NCBI RefSeq assembly: GCF_009834535.1 | Contig: NC_045696.1 | Span: forward strand, 64,482,001-64,546,000 | DNA from: Camelus ferus | Taxonomy: Eukaryota | Direction of reading: 5' to 3' | DNA length: 64,000 nucleotides | Part shown: in pieces, positions 25,040 to 36,912 of the stretch | Layout of the letters: the number at the start of each line of letters is the position of its first letter | Numbering within the stretch: the first letter of the stretch is position 1 | Program-made: the position numbers and the translations under genes | The notes under the pieces: generated by a model | What the model was told of the DNA's origin: nothing | Seen by the model: the letters and a program-made list of their open reading frames with translations, nothing else | Databases searched by the model: none

Positions 25040-25900
25040 CATGCGTTCATCCATAAACATGTATTCATTACTGTGGGCAGACTTAATTCTTGATTCTGGA
25101 AAAAAGTGATGAACAAGCCTTTGCCCTCAAGTTTCCGCTCAGAAACAGACTACCGTAATTCTGAGTGTTAAGCGTCAGGTGCTTTGAGACCACAGAGCAA
25201 GAGCACCCAGCCCAGATTCAGGGTCCCAAGGACGTTTTTGGAGAAAGCTGGAGCCTGAGGGACCAGGAGTAGGCAGTAGCCAGACCAGCACATAGGGGAA
25301 ATGGGGCCAGGAAGAGCTTTCTAACCAGAGGGCACATTATGTTAGGAGCCCAAGGAAAACATGGCCCCCGGAGGAGCTGCAAATGACTTAGTGTGGGCTA
25401 ACAGTGGAGGGAACAGAGGAAGAAACTGAGAGCCAACAGGGGCTAGATAATGAAGAGCCTGTGGGCCAACCGTCAAGATATAGGGCAGTTGAAGGGTTTT
25501 GAGCAGGGGTGCAAACTGCACTTTAGGAAGACCACTGTGGCTGCAATGTTGATCACAGAGTAAATAGCCCAGCTGAAGGAGACCAGTCAAGTATGTGTTC
25601 CATGGTCCAGGAGAGAGATGATGGGAGCCTGAACTGGAATAGGAGCAGCAATTATGGAAAAAACTGGGGAGTGTCAAGGGACAATTAGAAGGTAAGACTG
25701 ATCAGTTGAGGGGGTTTGATGTGAGTGGTAAAGGGGAGGCAGAAATCTAAGGTGATGGCCAGATTGCTCTCGTGAGCACAGGAACACATGGTGGAGGCGT
25801 GCATGGAAAAGGGACAGAGACCAAAGGGGAGCAAGATTCACAGTGAGATAGAGAGTTTGATGTTGGCCCTGCTGAGTTGGCAGATTCCTGGGGAACGTAT
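25040..25900 (-). mobile_element. L2 LINE fragment
   Basis: Purine-rich reverse L2 text: TTGAAGGGTTTTGAGCAGGG, AAGACCACTGTGGCTGC, GTCCAGGAGAGAGATGATGG. Confidence 0.7.
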
Positions 25901-25949
25901 TAACAGTCCACCTTTGCCATCAGGTGTCCCAACACTACAGGTAGTGGGC

Positions 25950-26085
25950 GTAGGATGTCAGAACTGTAGGGACTCCCACGTTTGGCAGGGATCCTCTCAT
26001 TTTACGCACGAGGAAAGTAGAGTCCAGAGAGGTAGAACAACCTGCTTTGGGTCACACAGCTACTTACTGATTGATCTGGGTCTAG
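25950..26085 (-). mobile_element. MIR SINE
   Basis: CTCATTTTACGCACGAGGAAA...CCAGAGAGG...GGTCACACAGCTA. Confidence 0.65.
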
Positions 26086-28469
26086 TATCTTAAGTCTCTA
26101 GCATCTGTCAAGAAGCGTTTGCACTCTTGCTGTTGGTTTGGTAGCATCTCAGAAACATGTAGAAGTAAATGAACGTATGTAGCCATGTTGTCCCTTGCTT
26201 GGGAAGAACTGTTTTGGCAGTAAAAATGTGGACCATAAATCCATGTGGGGACTATGCCCCATTTGCATCTCATTTGATGCCATCTGCCTTGTCTTAACAT
26301 GATTATGGCAACTTTGTTAGGCAAGTGGTTGCTTAACACAGTGGAAAGTCTTAATTACTTTTTAATAGCTATGTGCAGAGGGAAAGTCAACTTAAATGTT
26401 TAATCATTTGGTTGTGTCTTGAAAAAGTTGATTTTAGTATTCCCTTTGTGTACCCATAAACATATATAAATGCATTTTTTTTACATTTCTTCTTTCATCT
26501 CAGATTTCAGTGACACAAAAATATTTTCTTTTTAAGGTATTATTGCTGGAGAAACACTGCAAATTTAATGAAAAATTAAAAATTAAAAATCCAACCACAA
26601 TCTTCCCATAACAACAACAGCAACAAAAAAATCAAGCTTTAGTTCTGTTACCCTCTTTCTTTCTACAGCCGTATGCTAATCCTAATTCATATTCGGTTCC
26701 CTAACTTTTTTCTTCCATCAAATATTTTACCTTGCTGTTTATTTGTTCGTTCATTCATTCATCCATCCATTTGGCAAACGTCTGGGTATCTTGTAAATGC
26801 CAGGCCTTCTGCATGGTATTAGGGGACCTGGCAGTGTCGGTGCTCATGAAGCTGACATTTGGAGAATAGAGGAATGGTTGGTGGGTAGCATATTAACAGA
26901 AAAATCTTCCAATTGAGTTAATAAGCATGGTGCAACCTGTTGTTTTCATGTTGTAGGTGCCATATAACCACTTTCTTACTGTTCAGTGTGGTCTTGGTCA
27001 GGGTCTCAGAAGGATCCAGGTGGCACACCCGAATTAGGGAAAATGGAGGAGGGTCTGCTATGGGACAGTGTACAAAGGTGTGGTCAGCAGTGTAAGGAAA
27101 CCACCAGGAAGGTGCCGTTCCCCAGGGCTGGTGACCAGAAAGTACCTGTTTGTCTGAAGGGGCCCTAGGAGGAGACATTTTAGAAGTAAACATTTGAGAA
27201 GCACCTAGATATTGTACCCAGAGCAGAAGAGAAGGGAGGGAGTGTTCTAGGGGAGTCTGCTGCCTCCGGGGAGTGACCTCCCTGGAAGCTTCGTCCCCAT
27301 CATCTCCATTTCCTACACGTACTCTAACTCTGTTTCGTGCGCCAGGACGTGATGAAGCTGGGGAGTGTCTGGGGCTTTTCCAGTTATCAAGTGCTGTCAT
27401 TGGAGAAACTCTTCCCGTACTGTCCGAAGCTACACCCTTGAGTACTGGTAAACATTGCACAACTCTGCTGTGATCGTATCAACAGTAACTTCCTGTACAG
27501 TGGCCTTTCCATTGTCACAGTGGGCGGAGTCAGATGGGGCCCGGGGAAGGGCTTCATTTTGGAGAGATGGGGGAGCAGAGCACATCAGCGCTTCCCGCTG
27601 GTTGGTGTGTAAGACGGAGCTGGGGGTCCATCCTTGGGATCTGTGTCTTCTAAACGTGTGAATTTCATATTTGGTGCTTTGCTGAGCATTGCCAATTTGG
27701 GGATCTGTTGGGCTTGGGAAGCTAATTACTTAGGCTGAGTGTTATTAGGGAAAAGACGATAGAGGTCAGAATCCAGCGGCATCTTTAACGGGTGCATGTG
27801 TGTGTTTCTGAAGAAGTGAAACCTTAGCTGTGGCCTCTGTTTTCAAAGACATAGTGTGAGATCTTTAACACTATCAAATTATTGATTTTCCATTGTTCTT
27901 GCTCTATTTGGCTCTTCTGATAGAGGGAGTGGGGCTTGTCTGGAGATGAGCCTAAAGAGAACTGGGGAACTGATTCTGTGCCTTCATTTCAGCCATCCCT
28001 GGACCCATTCTCTTCTCTGTATTGAAGTGTTTGGACCAAAGTCAGAGCTTTGCCCCTTTGGGTCCAGAGCCCTCCAGGGCTGGTGCAGAAGGTCCCCAGT
28101 GAGCTCCCCTTTACCTTGGGATGCATTTTGGTTTTGGAGGCTCTCTGCCTTTTTTTATTGTAAACCGCCTCAGATCTATTTTGGAAACAGGTAGGGGTTT
28201 GAGTAGTAATTGAGTAGACTTTATCTAAATCTAAACAACCAAAAAGCAAGGCAAGAATTATTTCCACATGTCAGTATTATGAGAAACCAACTTCGATCAT
28301 GATTATTAAATGAGTGAAATGTCTAGGACATGTCACAAGGTTAGCTCAGCTCTTAGTTTTTCTGTATATCTCAGTACCATATGATGTCTCTATTTAGTAC
28401 CCCAAAGTATTTCTGGTTAATGAAATGCCTTTTGAGCCATCCAATAGAGTTTACCTAGTTGCTCTCCCC

Positions 28470-28915
28470 ACAAAGCTTTGCCCCCATCATGTCACTCATC
28501 TGCTTGAAACCTCCTATGGCTCCCTGTGTCATTAAATTAAAAGTGTCTTTAAGGACCTCCTGGCCTCTGCCCACTCCCCCAACCTCATCTTGGGCCTCCA
28601 CCCTCTTTGCTCTCTCCACTCTGGGTTTCTTTGAGGTCCCTTAACCAGACTCACTTCCTCTTGATTCCAAACCTTGGAACGTGCTTCCTTTGCCCTCTCC
28701 CTCTTCTAATTCTTCAGGTCTTTCCCTGACCCCATAGGTGAGGCTAGAGTTTTCTGTTCTGTTCCCACATCTGTACCTGTACTTGTCAGCGCTTCTCCAT
28801 AGAAGATGCTCCTCATGAGGACAGATTCTGTGTTGTGCTTGGTGCCACTGTATCCCTAGCACCCTGCTCAGTGCCTGGCAAGCAGGACATGCTCGGGAAA
28901 GATCTGTTGTGAAAA
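28470..28915 (+). mobile_element. L2 LINE 3' fragment
   Basis: CATGTCACTCATCTGCTTGAAAC...TGTATCCCTAGCACC...CAGTGCCTGGCA. Confidence 0.7.
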
Positions 28916-29899
28916 AGGAAGTGTGTGTCCTACAGTAGCCCAGTGTTTCTGACATTAGTAATCTATATTTAGTAGGTTTCATCAACTCCATGACCATAAT
29001 TTTTAACAAGTTAGTATCAGTCCTTTTCCAAAGAACCTGGATACCTTCAATCTACAAGTATTTCCAACTTTTTATGCTAGGGGACTGTCAGCGTGGGTGG
29101 GCTGGGCAGAAGGTGGACTGTGTATAGAAGTGACTGACTCAGCCCTGCCTTTGTGAACAAGCTCATCTCCCATGTGAACTGAAACTTTATAATTGGCAAT
29201 TTTTCCTTGCATAATCTCCACTGATGGCCTCATAATAACCTGAAAGGTCTTTATTCCCATTTTACAGCTAAGAGATGTTCCTGATAACTGAATAGTGTGT
29301 GGTTGAGAAGTCGAATTGGATATTTGCTCTGGGGATCAAGGCCATGCTGATTTGAAGGAGAACAGTAGAGTTACAGAAGGAAACTATTTCCAGTTTGGAA
29401 CTAATATATTTTAACCTAAATAAGGCATATGATGAGAAGCTATCTTTGGACCTCCCTGTTTCAATGTGGATTTTGTGTTTTGAAATTCAAAGATAGCGCG
29501 GTCAAAGCCCTCAGCTAGTCTAGTGCACCCACTCCTTGCACCCACCATGCTGTAAGTGTTCTGGGTTATTTACCCATTTTACAGATAAGAAGCTCAGAGT
29601 CAGAAGATGTCATTTCCCAGGGAGACTCAGTTGGGGGATGGAGTTGAGGTTCAGATGCAGGTGTCCTGATTCATGTTGGGGAAGTCCTCTCTGGGCACCA
29701 GAGAGTGAGGGGCAGCCCAGATTGCATGGTTTGGGGATCACTGTGTGCCTAAGCAGTTCTGGGCCAAGAGCATCAGTATTTGGCTGTTTAACTTATTTTA
29801 TGATGATTGTTATTGCCCTTCTTCAGCAAGTCATTCTGACAAATCTCAGGGCCCTTGTTCCACTCAAGCATCATCCATCCAAGCGCTATTGCTGTACAG

Positions 29900-30200
29900 T
29901 CTGTTTTCCTCTGGGAGCGGCTTCGCGGGCCTCTAGTACACTGCACGTGCTGCAGCCGCCCCGCTTCCTGCGGTTTGATTTCTTTTCCTTGCTCCGTTCA
30001 GCAGCTGGTAGACCGGGCTGGTGGCGGCCCAGAGAGCAGTGGGCTCTTCCCTTCTTAACGCTGTCGGCGGCAGGTTGGTTGCTTTGGCCTGCGCCGGCTG
30101 GGACTGCAGCAGGGCCAGCTCCTCTTGCTTCCTGTGGACCTGGCCGTCACCCCAAGTGCACGCCGAGGTCAAGGGCTGCCGGGGTGGGGTTTGCAGAGTC
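29900..30200. promoter_or_regulatory. CpG-retaining island; candidate enhancer or promoter
   Basis: Many CpGs relative to the flanks. CACGTG at 29944, GC box CCGCCCCG at 29956 and ETS-type CTTCCTG at 29964 are adjacent. Confidence 0.5.
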
Positions 30201-30939
30201 AAGTGTCTCATCTGGGTAGTTGGCAGCCTTCCCTCTCCTGTGGCATAGCTAGGAAACCCCTCTGTGATTAGAGCCCGGGTAGCATCAGCCACGTACTGTG
30301 TTGTGCTTGGGGTTTGTTTCCAGTGCTGGTGGAGACAGGATTAGAGCAGCAGACCTCAGCTGGAGCCGGCTTTCAGAGTCTGGATTGCTTCAGTCACCGT
30401 GTCCGTCTCCTTCACCACCCGATCCTGACACGTTCTTCTCTTCCTCCTCTTATTTCATTACTAAATATGGTACATTTATTTTACAACTAGCCTGTGACCT
30501 ACTTAATCAGTGTTTTATTTCATGGACACATTTTCAGTTAGTAGCATCGTCCCCAAACTTAACCATTCCATTGGCTTTATCATTTCCCACTGTGCTTCCT
30601 CTGGTGGTTTGCTTAGCTAGCCACTGATACCCATCTGGGAGGTTACCTTCAGTTTTCATGGTTATGTGTGGTAGTTAGTGAATAGCACGGAGGCGTTGCA
30701 CTCAGACTCCTAGCATGATCTTCCTCGGGTTGTTCTTTCCTAGGAGGAAAGAATTCTTCCTTCCCTCGACATAGCTCAGTCTGATCTCTTTGCTTTCAAG
30801 ACCAGAAAATGGAAGGGAAACAAAATCAGGAAAACCTGATGTGTTTTAAAATGTTGCCAGTGTTTCCCCCCACTTCACCGTGACACCCCGCAAGATGATC
30901 TTTCCTGCTGCTAATGCCTGATTGGCTAGGAGTGGAAGA

Positions 30940-31345
30940 AAGCAGGGGCCAGTGATACCTTTTCTCCATTAACTGGCAGTTAGGAATTTCAGCAACAGCA
31001 ACATGTCAGAAAACTCAACATAAACCTGCTTATGAAAATAGGAATTTATTGACCTGCGACATTGACAAGTCCAGGAGTGGGTTGGCTTACCTGCCTCTGT
31101 TTCAAGTTCAGGAGAGGAACCTCCGCCTCTTCTCCAGCATTCCTGGCAAGAGCCTTTATGTCTCATTGGCTCTGAAAAAGTCAGTTACCCAGCCCTGAAG
31201 CAATCACTGAGATCAGAGGGATGGTCAGGCCAGTGCGCATAGCTGAGGGCTGGGATTACCCCTGGAGCAGTGGGAGGTAAATCCCTTCCATTTATGTGGA
31301 CTGAGAGTGGGGAAGGGGTGGTTTCTGAAATGAAAATCACGTTCC
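30940..31345. mobile_element. MaLR solo LTR (MLT1K/L-like)
   Basis: CAGTTAGGAATTTCAGC...CAGAAAACTC...GGAATTTATTG...TCTCATTGGCTCTGA...CCCTGAAGCAATCACTG. Confidence 0.6.
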
Positions 31346-31519
31346 TGGGCTCTGAGGAGAATGAACAGAGACAGTGAAGGTCCAACATAAACCGGCCCTT
31401 TTAACTTCTGGATTTGGCTGCTGTACTGAGGATGGGTAAGAAGTGGAGGACCACCAACATGCATAAAGGTCACAGGATCAGAGCTGTTTGAGCTAGAAGG
31501 GCTTTTATAGGTCCCTGCT

Positions 31520-31965
31520 TCAAGTACTGATTGCTGCATTGGGACGACCCTAAAACCTAGTAGCGTAAAATAACAGCTTACTGTATGTGATGACTCTGTG
31601 AGTCAGGAACTCAGACAGTGTACAGAGGGGATGGCTTCTCACTGCTCTGTGGTTTCTGTACCTCAGCTGGGGGCTGGCCAGACACTTCTCTCCCTCGCTC
31701 CTTCTAATCTCTCCCTTACCTCCAGTCTTTCTCTATGATGAGCTTGGCCTGTATCGTAGCATGACAGCTGCCGTGTAAGTCAGACTTCTTACGTGGACGA
31801 TCAGGGCTCCCAGAGAAGGGAAGTGGCAGCTGCTAGCTTCCCAAGGCCTGGGCCCGAAAACCCGCAAAGCATCCCTCCCATGGGTTCCGTAGGTCACGTG
31901 GTTGAGGAGTCCACCTAGATTCCAGGGGAGAGGACCCCGTCCATTCACAGATAAAACACCTGAGG
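31520..31965. mobile_element. MaLR solo LTR (MLT1I/J-like)
   Basis: ATTGCTGCAT...CCCTAAAACCTAGTAGCGTAAAATAAC...TCTGTGAGTCAGGAA...CTAGATTCCAGGGGAG. Confidence 0.65.
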
Positions 31966-32099
31966 CTGCCAAAGAAGCAGCGATTGATCCAAGAGCCCTC
32001 TTTTTCAGAAATAAAATGGAAAGAAACAACAACCAGGACTGGGTCCACACTCTCCAGCCAGAACGTCTGCCCTCAACCATCGTTTGCTGCCTCTCCTTG

Positions 32100-32640
32100 T
32101 GCTCTGCAGCTGTGAGGCCCAGAGCTGGGGGAGCTGGAGCAGAGGGCTTCCTCTTTGCAGATGAGGTGCCGACATAACGCTGCTTGTCGGTTTGGCGGAG
32201 CTGCTCGGCTGGGACTCCGGCCTCGGCCTGGAGCAGGCGCCTGAGCCCGCGAGCTGGTCTGAGTTGTGCTGCTCCTGCTCCTTTGCCTGTTACATTTCTC
32301 CTCCCTGGAGGGGGCGTGGGGGTCCTGCAGAAGGGACTGAGGCTTCCACGCTTGTCGGAGCTGCCTCCTCCTCCCTGCACCCCAGTGCTCCTCCCACTAA
32401 TTGGTGAGCCACTGACATATTCCTATTTGAAAGTCACTTCATAACCCGATATTTCAACGTTTTCCGGGTTTATTGTCTCCTTCCAACCCCTGGCTTTCGC
32501 CATCTGTGCGCATGCGCTCGCGCCAGGCCCTGAGAGGGACGGGAAATGGGTTTCTCCAGTCCCTCTAGGTTCCCCCGTCTCATCCGGGAGGAATTTACAT
32601 CCTTTCCTCTGTTTCAGGGAACGTGAGGCCGGAGGAGAGA
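32100..32640. promoter_or_regulatory. CpG-rich promoter-like island (candidate alternative promoter)
   Basis: NRF1-type palindrome GCGCATGCGC at 32508-32517, SP/KLF box GGGGCGTGGG at 32311, ATTGG at 32400, dense CpGs. Confidence 0.55.
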
Positions 32641-32915
32641 GATGGTCAGAAAACGTGTTGTGCTTAGTATTTCAGCAATTTCTCAGGAAACCAGTGGACT
32701 CACTTCCTCTAAAGATGGGAACTTTCTTCTCTCCTTCTGAGTTATCTTATACCTGGTGTGAGGACAGATTGTTTTTTATAGCCTTATGTTTCATGTGATC
32801 ACCCAAATGCCTCAAAAGCAGGTGCTGCCTTCATGGAAATGCAAGACAATTAAGTCAGTTTCGAAATCATTTACAACCCGGGGCACCTGGGAAAGAATAA
32901 ATTACAGCTCAGAAT

Positions 32916-32974
32916 CATATGTGCGTGTGTGTGCGTGTGTGTGTGTGCGTGTGTGTGTGCGCACACATGCATGC
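32916..32974. repeat. (GT)n/(GC) alternating purine-pyrimidine microsatellite
   Basis: 59 bp of uninterrupted Y/R alternation read directly. Confidence 0.95.
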
Positions 32975-34539
32975 TGAGATGCATTGTGTCTTTAACATTA
33001 TAAATCAGGCAAAAATAAATCCCTAAAACACACATTTTGGGCCAGGGGACAGAATGAGGGGATTAATTAAATGTAAGCTTCATTTATTTCCTTGTATTAA
33101 TTCTGCTCTTAATCAGAGAGACATCTTACAGCCAGAAGATGCGATCTAATTGATGTTCTTTTTTGGTTTTTAATCCTTCTAAAGGAATAACGCCAGGCAC
33201 GTTTTCAGTTCTTTCAGGAAGAATGTGATTCTGGCTTATATTCGTATGTTGTAGCTTTTGTCTGTATTTAAAGTTTGCCCTTGCTTTCTTTACCTGAGCA
33301 TTTGGGAAGAGTTCTGAGCCCTGGAGATGAACAAGTAGCTTAATATAGTGATATTTAAAGAAAAATCTGTGGGCAAAAGGTCAGTGGCTCTGTTCTCAGT
33401 TCCTCAGGAGTTGATATCATCATCACCCTTGGTATCAGCAACTTCTTGGCCCTTGTTTCTTAAAGGAGGCAGATAAAGTCATATATTGGACACAGAAGTC
33501 ATATACTGAATGTAGAATGGTGGGGGTGGGGGGTCAGGAGGAGAGTTTGGAGGGACCAGGTCTGCTCCCTAAGCTCAGCACAGCTACATGCACCCCCCAT
33601 CTTCAATTTCCTACTTAACCCTCAACCCATTTCTTAAGACTCCCACAATCCGAACGTGGAGATGGGGTTATATGATCACATGCATGAAACACCTCTTACA
33701 TGTAAGATGAAGGAAAGCAGGCATTGCTCTTTTTAAGCCCTTCCAGTAGACTCTTCATATAATGTGAGTCGTTTCCATTTATGCCCACCAAACCATTTTC
33801 CCAGCACACCATCCCAGAAGGCGTCTTCCATGCTTCAAAAGACAAATACACAAAGCCATGAAGGCAAGAGCACCCTGAGGTCAAGAGGCTGAGCTTGAAC
33901 CTTGGGTTAGCCTCTAACTGGCAGTTCACCTAACCCCTGGGCTGCCTGCTAACCTCACGGACACTCCTTGGCTCCCACGGTTGTTAGAAGATTGAACTCC
34001 AGTGACACATGAGAGTGCTCTGGAAGGGGGAGGCTCTCTACACCAGAGGTTATGTAATTATGTTCTGAGAACGCTCAGAGCCGTCATATGTGACACAGAC
34101 ATCCTCTCATGCTCCTCCACTGTTGGGAAGCAGCTGTTAGTTTCGTTTCATTTCTGCCTCTCCCGTCTCCATATGCCAGAATGAGGAGACATGAATGGCT
34201 TGAAAATCTGCTGGGGTGAGGGAAGCCATCTGATGTATCTTCTGTCTTGGCTTTTCGTCCATGCGTATTTTAAGTTTTGATATCCCCGTTAAAACGGCAA
34301 GGTGGGTATGTCACCAGCGTGGGGGAGGGGGTATAGCACTCTAGTTACTCTGAAATGGAGCAGTGAGAATGACGTAGTGCCCTGGGTGTGAGGGGAGTAA
34401 TTGACTAGGACTTAAAAATTGGAGTCAGAATTGTCCCAGCACTTGTGAGGTTTCCTGAACTAGTTCCTGTAAAGGAGGAGATGCTTCCTCATAGCTCTGG
34501 AGTTTTATTTTTGGTCCCTTCTTATACCCTGATCTACCC

Positions 34540-34905
34540 ATATCTGGAGATGTTGGTCCAAGGTCTTTGAACTGGGCTGTCATGTCTAGAAAGCACTTCC
34601 TTATTTGGTTCACCAGGAGAACACCTACTTTTTAAAGATCTAGTGCAGATGTAACCTTTGTAAAAGGTCTTCCCTGCCCCTCACTGTCACAGATGACCAA
34701 CCATTCTACTCTTTTCCTTAACCTCTGAGCTGGTAAATGCCTCTGTTACAGCACCTCTCACTGGTGTAAAGACATCTGTCACATTCTGGTGGAAAGTGGA
34801 TGGTGAGCTCTTTGAGGGCAGGAATCACGTCTCCTTTATCCTTGTAGCCTCGGGGCTTAGCAGACTTTCTGTCACATACTGAGCACTCAGTGAATGAGTT
34901 AAAAA
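34540..34905 (+). mobile_element. L2 LINE 3' fragment
   Basis: GTGAGCTCTTTGAGGGCAGGAATCACGTCT...GCACTCAGTGAATG. Confidence 0.7.
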
Positions 34906-35061
34906 GTAAAACAAACAAAAAAACTGATTTCCTGACAGTCCTTCTGATTCAAAAATTAATATTATTACCCCATCAAAATTCCCACTTGGAAAACAACTCT
35001 CAGTTCCTAAGACGTAGATAGAATGTCACTAGGGCCAGGGCTTGCTACTTGTTGTCAGGTC

Positions 35062-35533
35062 CGTAGTTCTGCGGTAATGCATTGTCCAAAATTGGGTGGC
35101 TTAAAACAAATTTATACCTCACAGTTCTGGAGGCTCGAATTCTGACATCAAAGGGCTGGCAGGGCCGTGCTCTCTGCAGGCTCTAAGGAATAACCTTTTC
35201 ATCGCCTCTTCCTAGCTTCTGGTGGTTGCTGGCAATCCTTGGCTTTCCGTGTCCGGTAGCTGCATCACTTCAGTTTCTGCCTCCATTGTAACATGGCTGA
35301 CTCCTCTGTGTGTGGATCTGTGTCCAAATGTCCCTCTTCTTTAAAGGACACCAGTTACTGGATTGGGGGTCCACCCTAATTCAGTAGGACCCCATCCAAA
35401 CTTGATTACATCTGCAACGACCCTGTTTCCAAATAAGGTCACATTCACAGGTAAGGGAGGTGGGGAGTTAGGTCTTGAATTTTTTATTTTATTTTGGGGG
35501 GGGAGGGGCAGGACACAGTTCAACCCACAATAG
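35062..35533. mobile_element. MaLR solo LTR (MLT1C-like)
   Basis: GGGTGGCTTAAAACA...CTCACAGTTCTGGAGGCT...TAGCTTCTGGTGGTTGCTGGCAATCCTTGG...GGACACAGTTCAACCCACAA. Confidence 0.85.
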
Positions 35534-36635
35534 CACGTTGACCTCTATCATGAAATCTTGACTCCTTGACTTCTCAGCCTCTTCTTCCAGTGGTTGTCCA
35601 GTCCCTGCTTCAGTGACTCTAGCACTGGGGAGTTACCTCCTCCAGAGGCACATTTTCTAGATTTGGGTGGCAGCTGTAATTGGGCCCAGCTCTACCTCCC
35701 TGCTGTCCCTGTCATTCAGCAGTCATGGTCAATATGGAATAATAAGCTTCCTCCTTTGGGGGGAGGAGGGAGAGCGTTCAGGTTCTGAAGATGGTGCCTC
35801 TGGACTCCAAGGCTTCTCCTCTCTAAATCTTCCCAGTTTCCTCAAGTCTTCGTCCAGATATAGTTTCCTTACCAAGCTTCCTCCACACTGATGCAACGCC
35901 CTGTTTGTCAGTGCATTGGGTGAAATGAAATGAGGACTTTCCAGGTGTGGTGTGGGCACAAATCAAAGCAGACACATCTACTTCCCGGGAATCCACTTCT
36001 ATTCCTGCAGCTTCAGTCACACTGTCTTAGTGGCCAACACCCACCCTCGAAACACTTGGATTATTCTTGGTTGCATGTGGTGCTGCTAAGCTCTGTTCTT
36101 CTCATTTAGCGTTTTGACTCTGAGAACAGGGCCTGACCCTAGTATGATTATACTTTTCTCTGCTGCATTTGGCCTGTGGCCCCAGCCTACAGACACAACC
36201 ATATCACAGAGTTGGCATTGCATGTTGCATATTAGATGATAACAGATTGCAATGGGGGAGGGTACGAGAAGGGGCTGTCATTACAAATGGTTCTTTGTTA
36301 GAGGTCACTGTACTGCTTGTCTGTCCCCAGACAGCTGATCAGAACAGAACCCGGATATGATCTGGAGCTCTAAGGGGTTTCTACTGCTTCTCTGATTTGC
36401 TACTGAGACGGAGGACACCTCTTTCATACCATTAGGTGGGAGGTCTCCTCCTATACTCAGATACAAGTAGGCTCTCAGCCCTTCTATTTGAATGAATTTA
36501 CACAGATGAATAAATTAATGCCTTAGATGGTCAGAACCAGGAGGGGTTTGGAGATGATAACCCCAGGGCAGTATAAGGTTTGGATTAAGAACATGAGACT
36601 GGAAATCAGGCAGATTTGCACTCCTGGCTCAGTTA

Positions 36636-36912
36636 GCAGATGTTTGGTTCTGTCCAAAATGTCCATAAGACATTTGGTCAATAAAACATTTGGTCCATGC
36701 CAAAAGATTTTTGATACTTGGGCCTGTCCAAAATGTCCATGGACATGGAGATATTTGATCCACACTCAAAGGTCCTTGATATTGGGTCCTGTCTGAAACT
36801 ATTTGGCATGGAACAAATGTGCTCGTGGACATTTTGGGTAGGACCATATTTCCAGGACGTTTTGACGTGGACCAGATGTCTTACGGACCTTTTGGACAGG
36901 ACTTGGTCCTGC
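36636..36912. repeat. Fold-back (inverted) element with internal sub-repeats; probable ancient non-autonomous DNA transposon
   Basis: CTGTCCAAAATGTCCATAAGACATTTGGTC (36650-36679) pairs 27/30 with GACCAGATGTCTTACGGACCTTTTGGACAG (36870-36899). Repeated ATTTGGTCC-type units occur in both orientations. Confidence 0.8.

Noticed and set aside
29536..30219. Longest ORF (227 aa), and similar ORFs at 31733-32380 and 26918-27460
   Set aside because: Non-ATG or repeat-derived starts, overlap with MIR/LTR/L2 or GC-rich islands, and no recognisable domain. Expected by chance.
34321..34345. GGGGGAGGGGGTATAGC resembling the SINE head
   Set aside because: Similarity ends after about 17 nt, with no B box or tail.
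35441..35457. Recursive-splice-like CACAG|GTAAGG
   Set aside because: Part of the MLT1 LTR sequence and lacks a real polypyrimidine tract.
36636..36912. CRISPR-like repeat-spacer array
   Set aside because: Units are degenerate, lack unique spacers of regular length and invert midway. The context is eukaryotic with no cas genes.
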